The translations under genes and the position numbers were made by a program. This document shows positions 52,960 through 64,000 of a stretch of 64,000 nucleotides of DNA, piece by piece. Within the stretch, counting starts at the first letter, position 1. Each line of letters begins with the position of its first letter. The DNA lies in assembly GCF_006345805.1 (NCBI RefSeq), contig NC_043021.1, forward strand, positions 248,001 to 312,000, written 5' to 3'. The notes beneath the pieces are model-generated. The model did no database searches. It was not told the DNA's origin and saw only the letters and a list, made by a program, of their open reading frames with translations. This DNA is from Octopus sinensis. Lineage: Eukaryota.

Positions 52960-53760
52960 AGAATTGGTGCAACAAAAGAATTGATTCAGCAAAAGCACGA
53001 AATATGATTTTAAATGATCGGCTTAAATCAGTTGTCCAAATATTGGTCAATGTCCTGCAAGCTGACCATAACATTGCCTTCCGGATGGGAACATCCTTTC
53101 CTGAGCTCATCATACATGAATCTTGGTATAATAAATCCTCATAGTTTCGAATATTGTCGCTTAAGACTTCAGTTTATAAATGGTTCTTCGGTTGATGACA
53201 AAGACAAGTGTATTCATGTGTAGGCGTCATTTATGTTGGATCCTGTACAGTTTGTTGATGTCTCCAGAGAGATTAGCGGGTCTCGTGAATCCAGTCAGGA
53301 ATTAACGAGTGCTGATTCTATCAGCAATATCTGTATTAGTTCCATGTGTGGAATGGACAGCATGGTCATTGTTTCGGTGTGACTAGATGACCTTTACCGT
53401 TTGTTGATAGTAGAAGTATATAATTAAGGACAAGGATTAAATAAGGGCCCTGAATAGGAAGCACATTAAGACCGAAAGCCACCAGAAGGAACTACGCTAA
53501 AGGATCACCACGAAGAATTCTATGAATCATGTCGAAACTCTCTCAATCATAGTATTAAACCTTTTTCTTAAACATGAACCTTGGAAAGGTGTATGCTTAG
53601 GTCACCCTCATCAAAAGCCTTCCAATCGTGACCATCCGACGTTTTCGTATCTCCAAAACTTGTCCTTCCAAGTTTACGAAGATATAGTGTGATTTGTGGG
53701 AACTTGGCTGCTATTTCTTGTAGGGCCAACGACATGTGGCTCTTTGAATCTGCTTCAAGG
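52960..53760 (-). mobile_element. Ancient RTE-like LINE reverse-transcriptase relic
   Basis: Minus-strand MSSGKDVPIRKAMLWSACRTLTNIWTTDLSRSFKIIFRAFAESILL resembles the post-RT segment of RTE-type elements; upstream are DWKAFD (cf. DFxKAFD) and GDPLA/PYLILVLNYIL (cf. GDTLAPYLFIIVLDY). Confidence 0.6.
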
Positions 53761-54123
53761 GAAGGGTTATATTGGCTGCAGTGTCGGTGGTGATGGTGGC
53801 GGCGGTGGGGTGTCACTATTGCCACACTGAAAGTTGTTTCTGTGGTGATTGTGTTGGTAATGGAAACAGCAGCTGTATAGCTCCAGGTTAAGTTTCATGG
53901 AGAAAAGCTATGACCAAATACATGCCAGTTATGACCACTTCTTCTTAGCGTTAGACACAGTCTAATGTAGCTCTTGTTGCTGCTTACGTATGAATTAACG
54001 GGTTTGGCTCTTATTTCTAGCAGACAAAATAGATACATCGAGATAGAGGCTTATGCTGAAGTCACAGTAAGCAGCAGCAGCAGCAGCAGCAGCAACAGTA
54101 GTAGTAGTAGTAGTAGTAGTAGC

Positions 54124-54165
<42 letters not shown>

Positions 54166-54178
54166 TGTGGTGGTGGTG

Positions 54179-54214
<36 letters not shown>

Positions 54215-54924
54215 GTGAGATTGATGGAATTATAAAAGAGTGAAAGTGGGGGGAGCAAGATAGTTTTCCCTCCCATCAATGTCAACCTCTTTGGCCCTAT
54301 AAACAGCGCACAGTGACCTCTACAGGCGCCAAAATACATTTAATTTCATTAAATATATTTGAGGACTATTCATATCACAAATTACTATTTTAATGGCCGT
54401 CACTGTAGAGTTGTTGTTGTTGTTGTTGTCGTCGTCGAAGTTGTTGTTGACGTTGCTTTTATTGCAGTTTTTCTTGTTGGTTGTATTAATGTTATTGTTG
54501 TTGATGTTCTTGTTTACTGATGCTCTTCTGGATGTCGATCTGTTATTGTGTTTTTTTATTACTTTTGTGTTTGTTGTTATTGTTGATACTGTTTCTTGAA
54601 GGTATTGATGTTGTTGTTGCTTTTTTTATCGTTGACAAAACTGATGACATTGTTGTTGTTGTTGTTGTTGTGGCAGAGGCCCTCATTCTTGTTGCTGATG
54701 TTGTCATTGTGGTTGAGAATCTTTCAACCGCACACAAAATGCCTTGCGGTATTTGCTTCGGCCCTTTACATCGAGTGGTCAAATCCCACCGAGGTCAAGC
54801 TCAGCCTTCCATTGAGCTTTTGCTTTTCTTATTTTCACATATCATCTTTTTTTAAGATACTAAAGTGTGTTTAAGGGAGATTTGCCAGCTGTTTCTAGCA
54901 TAATATGACTACTACAGTCTTCCT

Positions 54925-54985
54925 ACACACACATACATATATATAATATATATATATCTATATATTATATTATAATATATATATC

Positions 54986-55060
<75 letters not shown>

Positions 55061-55066
55061 CACATA

Positions 55067-55105
<39 letters not shown>

Positions 55106-55119
55106 ACATATATATATAC

Positions 55120-55163
<44 letters not shown>

Positions 55164-55220
55164 GCATACATTCATATATATATATACATACATACCATAC
55201 ATATACATACACACACACAC

Positions 55221-55265
<45 letters not shown>

Positions 55266-55266
55266 C

Positions 55267-55321
<55 letters not shown>

Positions 55322-55520
55322 CATATACGTACGTATATATATAATATATATATATACATATACGTATGCATAGGTATATATACAATCATACAGACATAGA
55401 AACATACATACATGCATACATACGTACATGCATACATACATACATGCATACATACATACATACATACATACATACATACATACATACATACATACATACA
55501 TACATACATACATACATACA
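54925..55520. repeat. (TA)n-(GATA/GACA)n-(CATA)n compound repeat
   Basis: Direct reading. Confidence 0.95.
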
Positions 55521-55660
55521 TTTGGAAATCTTGAGCCATCCAAACTGGAAATCCAACCTACAGATATTAAAACACGCAAGATGCTGATTTCAACGGGAAG
55601 TGTTCGCAACAATGCTAACATCAAGGGAAGCAAAGAGGAAGGAAGCGGTTTCGGATTGCT
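55521..55660 (+). mobile_element. Short R4/NeSL-like retroelement fragment
   Basis: DIKTRKMLISTGSVRNNANI resembles the DxxTRKLLTxxGSFHxNSD motif; homologous to 58780-58860. Confidence 0.45.
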
Positions 55661-55711
55661 ACAGACAGGTTCTGGATGTGGTGTCTGCATCTGCTAAACA
55701 ACAGCAACAGC

Positions 55712-55895
55712 TTGTTTCAGTCATTTGACTGTGGCCATGCAGGAGCACCGCTTTTAGTCGAACAAATCGACCTCAGGACTTATTCTTTGTAAGCCTACTT
55801 ATCGGTAACTTTACCCGAACCGCTAAGTTACGGTAACGTAAACACACCAACATCGGTTTCAAGAGATGGTGGTGGGACAAACACAGACACACAAA
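55712..55895 (-). mobile_element. SINE family B, 3' half
   Basis: GACTGTGGCCATGCAGGAGCACCGCTT...CCGAACCGCTAAGTTACGG...ACACACCAACATCGG. Confidence 0.75.
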
Positions 55896-56039
55896 CATGC
55901 ATATACATATATATGCTGAGAACCGCCCCCACCCCCCACCGGTCATGACTGAACATGGGATTGCACCTAGAAAGTTACCCTCTCAGGCACAAGTTGTTTA
56001 TGGAAAACCAGTAGGCACCCATGCATACCAGCCTACCAT

Positions 56040-56252
56040 CTCCACGCCACCAGCGTTATCCAAGGGAAAGGCAAAGGGGCCCATACAGCTTGGCACGTGT
56101 GACGTCGCAACTTATTTCTACAGCTGATTGAACTGGAGCAACGTGGAATAAAGTGTCTTGCTCAAGACACAACACGCAGTCCAGTCCGGGATTCGAACCT
56201 ACAACCTCACGATCGTAACCTCGACGCTCTAACCACTGAGTCATGCGCCTTC
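56040..56252 (-). mobile_element. SINE family C
   Basis: Head GTGAAGGCGCATGACTCAGTGGTTAGAGCGTCGAGG...GGTTCGAATCCCGG. Confidence 0.8.
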
Positions 56253-56364
56253 ACACACACATATGTGTGTGTGTGTGTGTTGTGTGTGTGTGTGTGTGTA
56301 TGTATGTGTGTGTGTGTGTGTGTGTGTGTGAGTGTTTGTGTGTGTGTGTTTGTTTGTGTGTGTA

Positions 56365-56516
56365 CATAGAAGACGGGCTTTTTTCAGTTTCTGTCTATCA
56401 AATCCACTCACAAGGCTTTGGTCGGCCCGAGGCTATAATAGAAGACAAGGTGCCTCGCAGTGGTATTGAATCCGGAACCATGTGGTTGGTAAGCAAGCTA
56501 CTTACTACACAGCCAC
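56365..56516 (-). mobile_element. SINE family B, 5' half
   Basis: CAAATCCACTCACAAGGCTTTGGTCGGCCCGAGGCTATA...GAACCATGTGGTTGGTAAGCAAG. Confidence 0.8.
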
Positions 56517-56544
56517 TCTTGTGAATGTTTCCTGTAAACTTGAG

Positions 56545-56760
56545 GATAATATTGATTGATCAAATTTTGACAGAAGATCAGCAATTCCGGGGGAGTGGGG
56601 TGAGTCGATTGCATCGATCTCAGTGTTCAAATGGTACTTATTCTATGGACCCCGAAAAAGTGAAATGAAAAGTCGACCTCAGTGGAATTTGAGCTCAAAA
56701 CATGAAGACTTACGCACTGCCGCTAAGCAGTTTGTCCGGCGTGCTCATGATTCTGCCAGC
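56545..56760 (-). mobile_element. SINE family A (diverged)
   Basis: AAGTCGACCTCAGTGGAATTTGAGCTC...ATGATTCTGCCAGCTTG. Confidence 0.7.
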
Positions 56761-57263
56761 TTGAGGATAATATTAACAAGATGTGTGGCCTCTTTTGGAC
56801 TCGTGACATTTACATCACGCCATATTTCGAAGGTTATGTTTTTGCAAGATGAGAAGATAACTACGAAATATATCATGAACCAAACACAACGATGCAACTG
56901 AAAATATCGATTAACTCGTGTAATAACACAGATGATCAACAATCATTCAAAAATGTCATTTAGGTACTAACATCTTACGATGTTATTAATGTTCAACACC
57001 ATCTGCGACAAAAAGTACCCTGGGGTAAATTGGACGACTTTAGACGAAGTTTTTTTGTTATTGAACGCATCCTTATAGACACAAGGGATGTTATTTTGTA
57101 CATGTAAATATTTTTTTCCAGTAGGAGAACATTTGCGAACAGCTGCATCGCAACCTGCATCTTCTCTACTCTGCTGAAAAATTTATATTTATACGAATAA
57201 TTATTTCATCTGTAATGTTGGTAAATATTTAAATGATAAACGCGAAAACCTAGGATTTTCAAG

Positions 57264-57441
57264 TACCGTATTTTAACGTATTTAAGGAACCCTCGTGTAT
57301 GAGGGACCCCCTAATTTGGGGGGCTTAAAATTTGGAAAAGGTTTTGTAAAGGATTATAATGCTATGCATGTATAAGAAACTTCATATTTTTTAACCTAAT
57401 TTTTGACAAAAATTGTTCCTTATACACGTTAAATTACGGTA
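57264..57441. mobile_element. Tc2/pogo-like MITE
   Basis: TA-CCGTATTTTAACGTATTTAAGGAAC vs reverse complement of the right end TA-CCGTAATTTAACGTGTATAAGGAAC (22/25), flanked by TA. Confidence 0.8.
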
Positions 57442-57639
57442 CTTCACGATACAATTTGTGAGCGGAATTTTAAGTTCAGCACCTATTGCGTTTAGTATAC
57501 AAAAATTTCAGCGATGAAACTTTGTTTCATTATTGAAGTCAGTTCCTTTCTTGTAGAAAGAATTCACATAATTAACAAATAATGAAACTATGCTATGCAT
57601 GCCTATATGGTCTACACAACTATGTCTGACTACCGAAGC

Positions 57640-59470
57640 AATGAATAGAGTAACAAACAGAATTAGGTTATCGACAGAAATAGTCCAAGGTAACAGCTGG
57701 TCTCTAATAATTTGTACCTCACAACCAATGATTCTGTAATATTCTTGTAGTCAGTCAATATTCATAGGATTAAGATAAAGTTGCATCTGGTCATAACATT
57801 CTCACAGGGCATAGGAATGGAGTTTGATCAGTTTAGATATTCATATTTAGTAGTCAACTGCGAAAAGATTCTTGACCAGACAGAAAATATGGATATCAAT
57901 GGCTTGTTTATTTCCCCTATGTCTAATGATAAACCTCGGAATTGGCGAGAATATTGCATACGCTTGTGTCGTGAGTAAAGCTAAAGAATCTCTGAATAAT
58001 AACAGCCAATATAAATATTGGTTAAGACGGCGCGCTGGATGAAATGCTTTGCAGTATTCCGTCCGTCTTCACGTTCTGAGTTCAAATTCCGCCGACGTTG
58101 ACTTTTGCTTTTCATTCTTTCGGGGTCGATAAAATAAGTACCAGTTGAACATTGGGGTCGATGTAATCGACTTATCCCCTTTCTCTGAAGTGCTGGCATT
58201 GTGCCAAAATTTGAAATCAGTATTAATGTTGGTTGGTTGGTTGGTTGGTTGGTCGGTCGGTTTCTCCAGTCATGTTTTATATCAAACAGAAAAAGAGGGA
58301 GAGAGCGTACGAGAGAGAGTGAGAATTAACATAAAAGGCGCAGACTGAGTGCCCGATGATCTGAAAGATTTCATGAAATTTTGCAAAGATCGGTTTTCCA
58401 TGGAGTTGAATGCGATTATGTTGATAAAGTTTCGAAAAATACTAACATATATTTATTGCAAATATACAAATGAGGAATTTGTTTTATTTAGTTTTATTTT
58501 AAAGTAATAAATATATTTCTTTTGAAAATTAGCATTCATCTCGTCATTCTGTAAAAGCGCCAATATGCATACCATATTTCCTCATATTGCTCATGGTAGC
58601 AAAAAATATTCTTCCAAAGTTAAACGTCACATGACAGGTAAGATTTTACTACTTCAATGAACTTCGGAATTTATAGAAGCCAGAATTATCGACATTCAAT
58701 AAGAACATAACCCATAATACTTTCACGATACCAGTATCATCTTGTGATACTTAATTGGATTCTTGAATAAATCAACATCTTAGAGATCGAGACAAGAAAG
58801 CTGCTAACCCCAATGGTAAGTTCTACATCAGCAGAGACACTGACAAGATCTATGTTAAATGAAGGGGCGGAGGCAAAAGTATAAGGTCCGTCTAAATGGC
58901 TTCTGAATGGCCGCATCATATCACCCAAACAACAGCTGATGAATCCATAGAGAGAAACAAGTGCATCCTACATGTAATGAACAGTAATAACACTAACAAC
59001 TTGAGAGCCGATGAAGAACTTCAAAATGCAGCTCAACTGTTCCATGTGATCCAAAAATAACAAAGCTAACCCACTTAAACAAAATTCGAAAAGAAATACT
59101 CGCCCGAAAATCTATGCATTAAAACTATTCCAGCAAACTACAGTATAACTGCCTCAGTAACAAGAAATGTAGTTTCTCTTGGCCAGTGATAAATAAGAGA
59201 TTGTATCTCACCTGAAAGGATAGATCTTCGCTAGTTGCACTAAGAGAGAGCTAGTAATAGCCGGTCTATAGAAGAGATATTCTCCAGGTAAAGACATGAG
59301 CCTGAGGTACTGGAATAAAAGAATTGACTCTTTATTGAATGTATTTTATCGACCTTTCTTAGCAACATACCAATAGAGATGTAAGTATACCAAGCTAGCG
59401 AAAACCTACTGGAATCTCCTGTATAAAGTTTATAGTCTGTCTGGACCTATTCCTCCAAGATTCCTGTGAC
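57640..59470 (+). mobile_element. Decayed R4/NeSL-like (RLE-type) non-LTR element 1, interrupted by a SINE
   Basis: IVQGNSWS (cf. IFQGDSLS), VITFSQGIGMEF, PELSTFNKNITHNTFTIPV, LEIETRKLLT/NGKFYISRDTDKIYVK*RGGG; many stops and frameshifts. Confidence 0.65.
58023..58225 (+). mobile_element. SINE family A
   Basis: ACGTTCTGAGTTCAAATTCCGCCGACGTTGACTTTTGC...TTTCGGGGTCGATAAAATAAGTACCAG. Confidence 0.85.
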
Positions 59471-59482
59471 ACTAATAATATC

Positions 59483-59688
59483 CTCTTCTACACTAGGTAC
59501 AAGGACTAAAATTTTGAGGGAAGGGACCAGTTGATTAGATCGACGCCAGTACGCAACTGATATTTAATTTATCCACCCCAAAAAGATGAAAGGCAAAGTC
59601 GACCTTGGCGGAATTTGAACTCAGAACGTAAAGACATTCGAAATACTGCTAAGCATTTCGCTCGGCGTGCTAACGTTTCTGCCAGCTG
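59483..59688 (-). mobile_element. SINE family A
   Basis: GGCAAAGTCGACCTTGGCGGAATTTGAACTCAGAACG...GCTAACGTTTCTGCCAGC. Confidence 0.85.
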
Positions 59689-59714
59689 AACAGGTTTCAT
59701 CATCACAGCTGGAC

Positions 59715-61010
59715 ACGTAACTTTAGAGAAAGGAATTTGGGGCTGTGCTGAATGAATCTCGATTAAGAAAAACCTTGATGTCAGAGGTGAGACAACATAA
59801 GGGGGACTTAGTTACACTTCTGCTGGATTATGAGAAGGCATTGGATTCTGATCGTCATACGCGGTTGCTAAAGTTCCAGTTACCATTATCAAGATCATAG
59901 GCAAAAGGACTTCGTCCTGAGTCACAATTCCGAAGAGGTTCATTGGATTTAGTTTGACATGTTTCAAAGGAACAGTCCCGCCATGATGCTTCTTTATACT
60001 ATCAGTGGAATCTAAACGTTTTTTTTTTTTTGCTGTAGAAATTGGAAAGGAACGTAACTGATCCAGACGTAAACAGAAACATTCTTTCTAAAACGATCTT
60101 ATAATATCCTAAGAACATGGAGGCTATGAAGAAGACCTTGAACTAGTCACGGCCTTTTCAAAGGTTATAAGGATGGGCTTTGGTCATAATACATACTCCT
60201 ACCTGATTATTAAATATGAGAGAATAAAGAAAAAACACGATAATATCTCTATCGTCATTTCTGTCTCAAGAGTTGGAAAGTAGTTTTACAGAAAATATTC
60301 TTTGACTGATGACCGAGGACCACACTCACACATGCGCGCGCGCACGCACACATGCACACACACAAAGACGGTGCAATTCTACCGCAGCAGGCTATCTGAT
60401 AAAAAGTTGTCAGCCTATCAATAGAAGATCGCACACAACTCTGTTACCAGAGAGTTCGAAAGTGACAGCAACCTAGATAAGCAAAGTAGTTTCGGAACAA
60501 CACCAGCACGTTATTAGCTGTCACTTTGAAGGTTAACTTTTAGAATTACATGAATAGGAATTCACAACGAAATATCTGATAAGCAAAAAGGAAGAGGGGT
60601 CCAGGGGAGATGGTCTGGATACAAGTGATGCACAATGTGTGTAATTTATATAGAGGATGTCGCTCATGCCATAAGTAAGGAACTGAAAATATCATCACAA
60701 AACTATCTTCCGATGACGCAAGATGTTGTGGCTTAAAATATTTCAATTCAGAGAAAGGATAATCCTGTGGATAGAAATGTAAGAAATGACAGTGACTGGT
60801 GGCGGATTCATTCATTTATAATATCAAACAATACTGATGGACTGTTCCTGTAAAACCTGAGTGAAATGAAAGCATAACAGACTAGATCTAAGCATCTGGT
60901 GGCGGGGAAGGTGGAATTATGCATCGGAGAGGAAAACAGTTGTTCAGTTAAAGATTTGTGAGAGAAAAAAATATGTCTACGTCAAACAATAAAGAAAAGA
61001 AATGTTGTTG
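59715..61010 (+). mobile_element. Decayed R4/NeSL-like (RLE-type) non-LTR element 2
   Basis: EVRQHKGDLVTLLLDYEKALDS (cf. DYxKAFDS), LELVTAFSKVIRMGFG, IEDVAHAISKELKISSQNYLPMTQDVVA (decayed CCHC region), KHNRLDLSIW (cf. HNRPD of the PD-(D/E)xK restriction-like endonuclease). Confidence 0.7.
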
Positions 61011-61384
61011 CTTCATCTGGATTATAACTTTAGATATTTATCGATAATTATTTGAGCAGATTAATACGTGACAAACTGTTTCATTACTTGATAAGCTGGG
61101 TTGGCAAAACCAGAAAGAACACGCCTAATTAGCAAATCACCGAAGCCATTTAATGCACTGCGAAAATATGAAAGTATACCAAAATTTTAGAATGAAAAAT
61201 GTGCGAATACAAGCGTGTAGATATGGATATATATGAAAAGGTATACTTACATAAGACAAGACAAACAGATCCACTTATGCAATGACAACCATGCTTGCAT
61301 ACATGCATGAATCCACACACACACACACACACTCACACACACATTCATGTATACATATACATACATTCATGACTACACAGTTAA

Positions 61385-61557
61385 TGGTTTCAAATTTTTG
61401 ACACAGAGCCAGTAAGGGGAGAGGATAAATCGATTACATCGACCCCTAATGTTCAACAGGTATTTATTTCATCGACAACGAAAGGATAAAAGGCAAAGTC
61501 GATCTCGGCAGAATTTGAACTCAGAACTTAAAGACGGACGAAACTGCCCGCCACCTT
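61385..61557 (-). mobile_element. SINE family A
   Basis: GGCAAAGTCGATCTCGGCAGAATTTGAACTCAGAAC. Confidence 0.75.
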
Positions 61558-61700
61558 AACTGCCCACAAAATGTTTCAATTCAAATGAAAGAGCCTCGTT
61601 TTGGGGGAAAGATTTTTTAAAAAGTGAGTCTAAAATTTACCATAGACGCTCAGACACATACATATATACATATAATATGTACATATATTGTATATATAAA

Positions 61701-62110
61701 CGCAGGCGTGGCTTTGTGGTAAGGAGCTTGCTTCCCAACCACATGGTTCCGGGTTCAGTCTCACTACGTGGCCTCTTGGGTGAGTGTCTTCTAATATAAC
61801 CAACAAAAGCCTTGTGAGTAGATTTGGTTGACGGAAACTGAAAGAAGCTCGTCATATGTGTGTGTGTATGTGTGTGTGTATGTGTGTGTGTATGTGTGTG
61901 TGTGTGCATATATCTATGTGCGCATGTCGTTGTGTGTTTGTCCCCTCTCCATCACTGCTTGACAACCGGTGTTGTTGTGTTTACATCCCCTTAACAAGAG
62001 ACAGATAGAATAAGTTCTAGGCTTAAAAAAGTAAATCCTGGGGTCAATTTGTTCGATTAAACAAAAAGACACTAAGGCGGTGCCCTCAACCAGTCAAATG
62101 ACTTAAGCAG
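61701..62110 (+). mobile_element. SINE family B, near full length with internal (GT)n
   Basis: CGCAGGCGTGGCTTTGTGGTAAGGAGCTTGCTTCCCAACCACATGGTTCCGGGTTCAGTC...AAGGCGGTGCCC. Confidence 0.85.
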
Positions 62111-62121
62111 ATGAAAGAATA

Positions 62122-62204
<83 letters not shown>

Positions 62205-62226
62205 TGTTTGTATGTATGTATGTATG

Positions 62227-62264
<38 letters not shown>

Positions 62265-62344
62265 CAACAAACAATGAAAAGGCCAACACCGGAGAACAAA
62301 GTTTGACAAATGCGGTTTAGTTTAACGTTTCAATAGAAAGAGGA

Positions 62345-62399
<55 letters not shown>

Positions 62400-62899
62400 T
62401 GCACATGTCATATAAATAGACAGAGAGAACGAGAGAGAGAAAAGCGTAAGTAAATGTACAATTTATATTAGAGTATACATACATACAAGTATATATACAG
62501 CGATGGATTATCATTAAGCAAAATAAGCACGTGCTTAGGGTATCAAGGGAGTTGGGTGGGGAGTCAACACAAAAACAGTAAATGGCTTACAGCACAAAAG
62601 AAATCACTTGAAACTTGCTAAAATAATATTCGGGATGGATGCCTTGTCTCTACTAAGTATCGGAGCAGATGTGTTTCGTAAGATTAATTTTGAGGATGCG
62701 ATCAAATACTTTGCAATTAAACAAAGTGGGAGAAAACTTTTCAGATATAAATAAAGTGGAAGAGTATACCGAAATAAACATTTTTGCATTTTATTTCATA
62801 GATTGTTACTGTTTATATTTTGTTTTTATATACAGAGGAAGAGCAGCGAAATCTTTTTAGTGCTTAAGGTCTCTTTGGGTCTTAATCCGGCCGTGCGTA

Positions 62900-63330
62900 T
62901 AGATAGAGATAGAGAGAGGGAGAGAGAGAGAAAGAGAGAGAAAGAGGGAGAGAGAGAGAAAGAGAGAGAAAGAGAGAGATAGATAGATAAATAGGTGGGT
63001 AGATAGATAGACAGATGCATGCATGCATGCATACATACATACATACTTACATACATACATACATGCATACATACATACATACATACATACATACATAAAT
63101 ACGTAAGTAGGTATGTATGTATGTAGGTAGGTAGGTAGGTAGGTAGGTAGGTAAGTAGGTAGGTAGGTAGGTAGGTAGGTAGGTAGGTAGGTAGGTAGGT
63201 GGGTAGGTAGGTGGGTAGGTAGGTAGGTAGGTAGGTAAGTGGGTAGGAAGGTAGGTAGGTAGGTAGGTAGGTAGGTAAGTAGGTTCGGGTGGATGGATGG
63301 ATGGATGGATGGATGGATGGATGGATGGGT
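62900..63330. repeat. (AG)n-(GATA)n-(CATA)n-(TAGG)n-(GGAT)n compound repeat
   Basis: Direct reading. Confidence 0.95.
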
Positions 63331-64000
63331 ATCCTCCAAAGTGCAACAAACTTTTGTTTATATTTAATCTAAATAGCGAAAACCCTTACGCCGATATAAT
63401 ATCATACCACCGTAATCATAGTTCAGTAACACCAATTAACATGAATGGTTTAGGGATGGGGGAGAATTTGTTGTTGTCTCAGTCTGGATGAAGGGACAGT
63501 GCCCAAAGCCTTGAATAAGCCTTGTGAAACAATGAAATTGGCACGCTTAATGTTCCACTTCAATATTTGCAGAAGGGAAATTCCGCAGAGATATGGGTCT
63601 CTATGCCTGCGTGTATGCGTGTATGAGTGTATATCTACGTGTATGTGTGTAGGTATTTACATGTGTGCATGCGTGTATGTACGTGTGTGTATAAGTGTGC
63701 TTGTGCCTGTGAGTGAGTGTGTATATAAGAATTATATAAACGGTACAACTTACATAGATATAACAGCCTCGATTTACCGAGTTGTTGTTGGTAAACTCCA
63801 CAAACAACGATAACGTTGCTGTCGATATCAACACAACTATCTCTCTGCTTCTCTCTGTCTGTGTCTATCGATCTACATGTGTGTGTGTGCATGTGTGTGT
63901 GCATGTGGGGGTCGGGGAGTATATATGTATAAGCGTGTCTAGGCGTGTGTTGAGATGGGATGTAAAGGTTATTCTCATGTATGTGTGTATGTATGTGTGT

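Noticed and set aside
53568-53825. 85-aa protein-like minus-strand ORF
   Set aside because: Better explained as part of the decayed RTE-like RT relic (DWKAFD).

Overview
AT-rich, microsatellite-dense eukaryotic DNA. The tRNA-derived SINE families and the density of (TA)n/(CA)n/(TATG)n/(GATA)n tracts point to a coleoid cephalopod, most likely Octopus (inference, no database search). I could not identify any intact protein-coding gene; almost all ORFs in the track are translations of simple repeats or SINEs, so the window looks intergenic or deep-intronic. Recognisable content: a decayed 5S rRNA copy (915-1033, -), more than 20 SINE copies of about 4 families, a 5'-truncated CR1-type LINE, a LINE ORF1 (gag-like, CCHC) relic, a near full-length DD41D (rosa-type) Tc1/mariner transposase pseudogene, an RTE-like RT relic, three R4/NeSL-like RLE retroelement relics and five MITEs. 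The most interesting unexplained structures are (i) minimal hammerhead-ribozyme-like motifs of the Penelope-like-element type at 8.4, 16.4, 48.3, 50.7 and 51.1 kb, (ii) a ~280 bp fold-back at 49.5-49.8 kb, (iii) a 5S copy lying in tandem with a tRNA-SINE, and (iv) a speculative phase-compatible set of minus-strand exons. All alignments were done by eye; TE boundaries are approximate.
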